NCBI GenBank assembly: GCA_049520195.1
Contig: JBEKQA010000005.1
Location: 1-44,127, forward strand
DNA: 44,127 nt
Source: Bacteroidales bacterium
GTDB lineage: Bacteria > Bacteroidota > Bacteroidia > Bacteroidales > FEN-979
Reading direction: 5' to 3'
The notes beneath the pieces are model-generated. The model was not told the DNA's origin. It worked only from the letters and a program-made list of their open reading frames with translations, and did not search any database. Positions 38,838 to 44,127 of this stretch are shown in pieces (position 1 is the first letter of the stretch; each line of letters opens with the position of its first letter). Made by a program: the position numbers and the translations under genes.

Positions 38838-40361
38838 TTATTTGCTGACGACAAATGGTTTAGAAAATTTATGACAAATAATCTGAGCTACAGTTCTGGC
38901 CGATTTAATAGCTACCGGCAATCCTCCTCCGGGCTGAGTCCAATGTCCAACCAGATAAAAGTTCCGAAGTCCCGGAATTGTTTCATTCACGGGTGAAGGG
39001 GCAATTAGGTTCTTCCTGGGCAACCAGCCTTGTGTACTTCCCTTCCAATTATTTGTATAGCGCTGATATGTGGCCGGTGTTGCAACATCCATTTCTTCAA
39101 TAAAATCACGGAAACCCCCGAATTTTTTTTCCAGGATATCAATGATCTCTTCTGAAAAGGCTAGTTTCTGTCTAGTATATTCTTTTAAATCAGATCTTCT
39201 TAGATCTATCCAATAGTCTCCTCTCTTAGAATAAAATTTTACTGTTAAAACACACTTTCCTTCAGGTGCCAGAGTGGGATCATAGTTATAACAATGCAAT
39301 TCCATTCTGGAATACTTCGTGCCGTCAGGTGAAGTAAGTTCTTTCTCCAATGGGAACCTATGCATCTGCGGGAATTCTTTAAAAGAGCGGGAAACGCCAA
39401 GGGAAAGAAGAAATACCGAATAAAAAATTTCAATACTTCTTTGTTCCTTCAGGATTATTTGTTTTTTGCTTGTAAATTTTCCTTTCAAGGCCGTGAAGAT
39501 AGTGTAATTCCAATCGGCTGCTGAGATTGTAATATCGGAAAGAACTCTTGTGCCATCAGTCAATGAAATTCCTGTTGCGTGCTGCTTTTCGGTTAGAATT
39601 TCATCAACGCAAGAGTTGTAATGAATCTTCCCGCCCAGGTTAAGATATTTCTGTTCAATCTTTTGTGCAAAGTTAAAGGATCCACCTACCGGGTACCCGA
39701 CTCCCATTTTATCATTGAAAGCTAAAGGAACAGTAATTATAAGCAATGGTAAATCATCGCCATCAAAAAGGAGTTGAAAAGCTTCCTTCAGGAAAGGATT
39801 CTTAAATTTCCGGGCAAAACTGAAATTTGTTCGTTTTCTCCACTTCATCAAAAAGATAAATAAGGGGATATATTTTATGAATGTGATCTTACGCCGAAAT
39901 GGAAGGAACTGTGGGACTGATTGGATCATTGGAGGGATTTCATATTTCTGTATCTTTCTCATCGAAGAGATCAGTTTTTCAATAACTTGGCTATCTTCAG
40001 GAGCAAGATCAATGAGGTAGGAATGTAATCTGTCGAGGTTGGTATAAAGATGGAAAATGCTGTTCCCTTTATTATTATAAGTGTCCTTGACTTCAATGTC
40101 CATACTTATCTCATGATTTATGAATTCTATAGTGGACATGTCTATTAGTTCTGACCAGAGGAGAAAAAATGGATTGCTGGAGTTTGAGCCCAGTAACCAG
40201 TGGATACAACCATCGAAATAATATTCACCTCTTTTCCAACTGGTACATAATCCTCCAGGTCGGGAATGTTTTTCAAAGATCTCCGTTTCAAACCCATTCA
40301 TCTGCAAATAGCAACCGGCTGACAATCCTGCTACCCCTGCGCCAATGATATTTATTTTCAT
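38838..40361 (-). CDS. FAD-dependent oxidoreductase, phytoene desaturase (CrtI-like) family
   Basis: IIGAGVAGL, EKH..PGG, FDGCIHW, ATPAT..RYT, GHWTQPGGG. Confidence 0.9.
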   Translation of the reverse strand: MKINIIGAGVAGLSAGCYLQMNGFETEIFEKHSRPGGLCTSWKRGEYYFDGCIHWLLGSNSSNPFFLLWSELIDMSTIEFINHEISMDIEVKDTYNNKGNSIFHLYTNLDRLHSYLIDLAPEDSQVIEKLISSMRKIQKYEIPPMIQSVPQFLPFRRKITFIKYIPLFIFLMKWRKRTNFSFARKFKNPFLKEAFQLLFDGDDLPLLIITVPLAFNDKMGVGYPVGGSFNFAQKIEQKYLNLGGKIHYNSCVDEILTEKQHATGISLTDGTRVLSDITISAADWNYTIFTALKGKFTSKKQIILKEQRSIEIFYSVFLLSLGVSRSFKEFPQMHRFPLEKELTSPDGTKYSRMELHCYNYDPTLAPEGKCVLTVKFYSKRGDYWIDLRRSDLKEYTRQKLAFSEEIIDILEKKFGGFRDFIEEMDVATPATYQRYTNNWKGSTQGWLPRKNLIAPSPVNETIPGLRNFYLVGHWTQPGGGLPVAIKSARTVAQIICHKFSKPFVVSK

Positions 40362-40403
40362 GCCATTTTCTTAAAGTCTGATCACTCATCAACCAATAAG
40401 TTA

Positions 40404-40805
40404 TCAGGCTTTTTTTTCTTTTATCAACTTCGAAGCAATAAATGCAAATAATCCAAGTATCAGACCTGAAACAATGCCAATGATTATACCTGTAATTGCT
40501 ATCAACCTTAATGGATGACTTGAATAAGGCATGTCCGCCATCTTTTGGGCCATAATTACATGGTTGCCCATATAGATGTGGAAAAAGAAAATATGGACGG
40601 CAGTGATCCAAATGCAATTGATGATACTGACCAGAAAACCGTGCAGAAAGTACCATTTACTGCAATTTTTTGCAATGAGATAAGCGCAGATTATAAAAAT
40701 AACCAGCCAAAATACTGATTCAATTTTTATCCGAAGCCAGAATACCGTGGCAAATGCCATTGCCAACCCAAAAAGAGACAATAAGAAAATCAATTTCCAT
40801 TTCAT
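40404..40805 (-). CDS. Hypothetical membrane protein
   Basis: Four hydrophobic segments; TATATTTG -7 element at 40858-40865 (minus). Confidence 0.75.
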   Translation of the reverse strand: MKWKLIFLLSLFGLAMAFATVFWLRIKIESVFWLVIFIICAYLIAKNCSKWYFLHGFLVSIINCIWITAVHIFFFHIYMGNHVIMAQKMADMPYSSHPLRLIAITGIIIGIVSGLILGLFAFIASKLIKEKKA

Positions 40806-40980
40806 AGACGTTTGGTTTTAAAAGTTCTGTTTATTTTTTTGATATAATCTAATTTTACAAATATAACATTTAATTATTCTTTCGTATTTAAAGGTTGAAG
40901 AATTGAAATTTTGCTTAACCAAATAAATTTACTTTATCTTTAGAGTTTAAGACCGTACTTTTGATTTTTCTATCCAAAAA

Positions 40981-42663
40981 ATGAAACCGTTACTGATTGA
41001 TAGTCAAAAAATCATCTTCGTTGGCATCATAATTATCCTATTGCTGACTTGTATAATTTACCGATCATCATTAAAAGGGGACTTTTTATCTTATGATGAT
41101 ACTGAAAATGTCGTCAATAATCCCCTTATCAGGAATCTTACTCTGACTACACTTTCTCAGTTTTTCCATTCTGAGAAAGTGTACATGTTTACTCCCCTGA
41201 CTTTTCTTAGTTATGCCCTGGATTACAAAATCGGAGGAATGGATCCATATTGGTTTAGGTTTACAAATTTATTATTGAACCTTTTAAATATTATTTTTAC
41301 TTTCATTCTAGCGTTACAGTTGCTCAATAACAGGGTTCTTGCCCTCTTTGTTTCATTATTATTTGCCGTCCATCCCATGAATGTTGATTCAATTGCTTGG
41401 ATTTCAGCACGAAGTAACTTACTTGCGGGGACATTCATTCTTCTGTCTATCATTTTTTTTCTTTTCTATTTAAAAAAATTTAATTACTGGTATCTAACCC
41501 TTTCTATACTAACCTATTTATTTTCGATCCTATCAAAATCGTCAGGCGTGCTCCTACCCATTTTTCTTTTTTTTCTTGATTATTTGCAACAACGAAAATT
41601 GTCAATAAGGACAGTTGTTGAAAAAGCACCTTATTTTCTTTTCGGACTGCTGATCGGGCTTATTACTCTTTTCTTCAGAACAGATATTGGTTATTCACAA
41701 TCAGTTGCCTCTTATTCCAGTATAGACAGAATATTTATGTTCTTTTATTCGCTGGATGGATATCTGATAAAAGCAGTCATACCTGTCAATCTTTCAGAAA
41801 TCTATGCTTATCCTTTGAGAACCAATGGCTTTCTTCCCTTCCTTTACTACTTTTCTCCAATTATATTCATTATTATTCCAGTCCTTTTGATCATTTTTTA
41901 TAAATCAAAAGATCTTCAAAAACAGATGATCACTTATTTTTTGTTTTTTCTTCTTTTAATTCTACCAACTCAATCTGTAATTCTTGAAGATGGATTTATG
42001 GCCAATCGTTATGGATATATTCCATTAATAGGGATTTTTATTTTACTGGTTATCATTATTAAGGGTATTCTAGTAAGGTTTCCCATTATGAAGAAATGGA
42101 TGATACCTTTAACCATAATAATATTAATTGTTTTTTCGGTATATTCATATAATCGTTCGAAGGTGTGGAGAACAACACTTACTCTCTTCGACCATGCAAT
42201 TTCAGTTTCACCTGATGCATCATTTGCATATAATAGCAGGGGTATGGCAAAATATTTGAATAATGATTTTGAGGGAGCTTTGGCAGATTATGATGAAGCG
42301 ATTAGATTAAATCCTGTTTATTCCACTTGTTTTTACAACAGGGGAATAGTTTTTTATAATGGTCGGCACTTTGAGGAAGCCTTAAAGGATTATTCAAGTG
42401 CGATCGAACTGAATCCAAAATTTGCTAGTTGCTATGATGCACGTGGTATATTGTATATGGATATTCTTGGTAATGATTCACTTGCACTTCTAGATTACAA
42501 TCAAGCCATACAAATTGACCCTAAGTTTGCCCAGGCTTATTATAACCGGGGGATCCTCTTTATGAGAATGCAGAATACAGAATCGGCCTGTAGTGATTTC
42601 AGGAAAGTTAAACAACTTGGTTATTTGCAGGCCAATGAACTTATTGACCACTGTTGCCAGTAA
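40981..42663 (+). CDS. TMTC-like GT-C membrane glycosyltransferase with C-terminal TPR repeats
   Basis: YDD in first loop, HP...SIAWISARS, multiple TMs, NRY.YIP, W..TLTL, about 4 TPRs (AYNSRG, FYNRG, YYNRG). Confidence 0.82.
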   Translation: MKPLLIDSQKIIFVGIIIILLLTCIIYRSSLKGDFLSYDDTENVVNNPLIRNLTLTTLSQFFHSEKVYMFTPLTFLSYALDYKIGGMDPYWFRFTNLLLNLLNIIFTFILALQLLNNRVLALFVSLLFAVHPMNVDSIAWISARSNLLAGTFILLSIIFFLFYLKKFNYWYLTLSILTYLFSILSKSSGVLLPIFLFFLDYLQQRKLSIRTVVEKAPYFLFGLLIGLITLFFRTDIGYSQSVASYSSIDRIFMFFYSLDGYLIKAVIPVNLSEIYAYPLRTNGFLPFLYYFSPIIFIIIPVLLIIFYKSKDLQKQMITYFLFFLLLILPTQSVILEDGFMANRYGYIPLIGIFILLVIIIKGILVRFPIMKKWMIPLTIIILIVFSVYSYNRSKVWRTTLTLFDHAISVSPDASFAYNSRGMAKYLNNDFEGALADYDEAIRLNPVYSTCFYNRGIVFYNGRHFEEALKDYSSAIELNPKFASCYDARGILYMDILGNDSLALLDYNQAIQIDPKFAQAYYNRGILFMRMQNTESACSDFRKVKQLGYLQANELIDHCCQ

Positions 42664-42718
42664 TCATTACAAATCCTGCACCCGACGATTTTCTTATATT
42701 TGCATCTTTAAATTCAAA

Positions 42719-43691
42719 ATGATGATTTTAGTTACAGGAGGTACAGGACTACTTGGCTCTCATGTTTTGTTTGAGCTTGCGAAAGAGGGAAAAGAAGTAA
42801 GGGCGATTAAACGTAAAAGCAGTGATACTGAAAAAGTTCGGAAAATATTTTCTTATTACTCAGAGGATCCTGATTTGCTCCTTAGAAGGATAAATTGGTT
42901 TGATGCTGACTTACTAGACTTCGGTGCAATTGAGGATGCATTGGATGGGGTTACGGAGGTTTACCATGTTGGCGCAGTGGTTTCTTATTATCCAAAGGAT
43001 CATAAAACTATGTTGAAAGTCAATATAGATGGTACGGCAAACCTGGTGAATCTTTCGCTGAAAAAAGGAGTGAGGAAGTTCTGTTACGTAAGTTCAATTG
43101 CATCAATAGGATGTGGATTAAATGGTAATCTGACGAGCGAAGAAGATTACTTTGTTACTTCAAGTAAGAATACAATATACAATTGTTAATCCTTCATTCA
43201 TTCTTGGTCCGGGTTTATGGAATGCTAATTCTGGATTGTTTCGTCTGGTCTGGGAAGGTCTGAAATATTATACGGACGGCATCACCGGTTACGTAGATGT
43301 GCGAGATATAGCAAAGTCAATGATTCAGTTAATGGATCAGAATATTTTCAATGAAAGGTACATACTTTCAGCTGAAAATATCTCTTATCGGCAGCTTTTT
43401 GGGACTATGGCGAAGTACCTGGGGAAAGAACCACCTGTTGTTAAAGTTCCGCATTTTATTACAAGCATTGTATGGAGAATTGAAGTTGTAAGAACTTTCT
43501 TCACACGTTCTACTCCTTTGTATACGAAAGAAATGGCATTAATAACAAGGCAGAAGTATTTCTATACGAATGAAAAACTAAAAAAGACCCTTCGGTTTGA
43601 TTTTATCCCCGTGGAGCAATCAATCAAGGAGATCTGTGAAATATATTTGAATGAAATGGATGGTAAAGCAGTGAAAGAAATTGTAATTTAA
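42719..43691 (+). pseudogene. NAD-dependent epimerase/dehydratase (DFR-like) disrupted by a deletion and frameshift near 43180
   Basis: N-part VTGGTGLLG...YVSS...KNTIY jumps to C-part TIVNPSFILG in another frame; the YxxSK...E segment is missing. Confidence 0.8.
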
Positions 43692-43751
43692 AGGGAAGTT
43701 CTGGGATTGCAAATAGAATTGGATAAGTAAAATTTATGAGAAACTGAAGTC

Positions 43752-44127
43752 TTATTCCGGAATATTGTTCCGGTAATGCTGATACCGTTCAAGAATTTCG
43801 GATACAAAACGACCTGCCCCACCATATATTAAAAAGTCATTGATTGAGTCCTTAGAAAGCTTAGGGTCGTTGAAGGACCTACGAGTTAAATAATAACCCA
43901 AATTACCATTCCATTTATTTGGGTTTTTCCCATATTTCTTTGCTCGTTCACGGGCGGATAGCACCTTGCCTAACCCGACATTATATGCTGCAAGGATAAA
44001 GTTAATACGTTCTCTGGGATTTGGGATCTCTGCTACAAGCTGGCTATTAAGCCACTTCAAGAATTTGACGCCTGCAGACAATTGTTGTGAAGGCGTCGAG
44101 ATGCTGTCCATTCCAAATTTGCTGGCA
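43752..44127 (-). CDS. Lytic transglycosylase (SLT/MltF-like), C-terminal part; 5' end lies outside the window
   Basis: G.KFL.WL, FILAAYNVGLGKV, A.KYG.NP..W, FV..IL.RY; frame open to the window edge. Confidence 0.8.
   Translation of the reverse strand, partial: ASKFGMDSISTPSQQLSAGVKFLKWLNSQLVAEIPNPRERINFILAAYNVGLGKVLSARERAKKYGKNPNKWNGNLGYYLTRRSFNDPKLSKDSINDFLIYGGAGRFVSEILERYQHYRNNIPE

Noticed and set aside
38838-40361. Carotenoid gene cluster
   Set aside because: There is a single CrtI-like oxidoreductase and no crtB, crtE or crtY nearby

Overview
44-kb gene-dense window from a Bacteroidota genome, probably Bacteroidales-like, judged from TAnnTTTG -7 promoter elements, A-rich leaders without Shine-Dalgarno motifs, an EF-G2 paralog and many lipoproteins. 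Most genes are housekeeping, redox or transport: ALDH, a MacAB-type ABC exporter, a Kir-like K+ channel, MsrBA, a PfkB kinase, EF-G2, MFS, cysS, tyrS, AraC-YceI-pirin and a TMTC-like glycosyltransferase. No rRNA, tRNA, CRISPR array or transposase was seen. Two candidate undescribed systems stand out. (1) A cluster kbl - acpS - acetate-type AMP ligase - stand-alone carrier protein - second divergent kbl (19673-24663) lies near an ADP-forming acyl-CoA ligase/GNAT fusion and an SDR L-threonine dehydrogenase; it suggests carrier-protein-tethered glycine C-acylation. (2) A family of phased 11-bp repeats made of two unit types occurs at two intergenic loci 18 kb apart (16751-16838 and 34577-34664). 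The first copy lies downstream of an uncharacterised basic 'SGRVG' protein gene and the second is flanked by IHF-like sites. Two genes (an ABC permease and an NAD-dependent epimerase) are broken by apparent deletions. All assignments come from motif recognition by eye; no database search was run.
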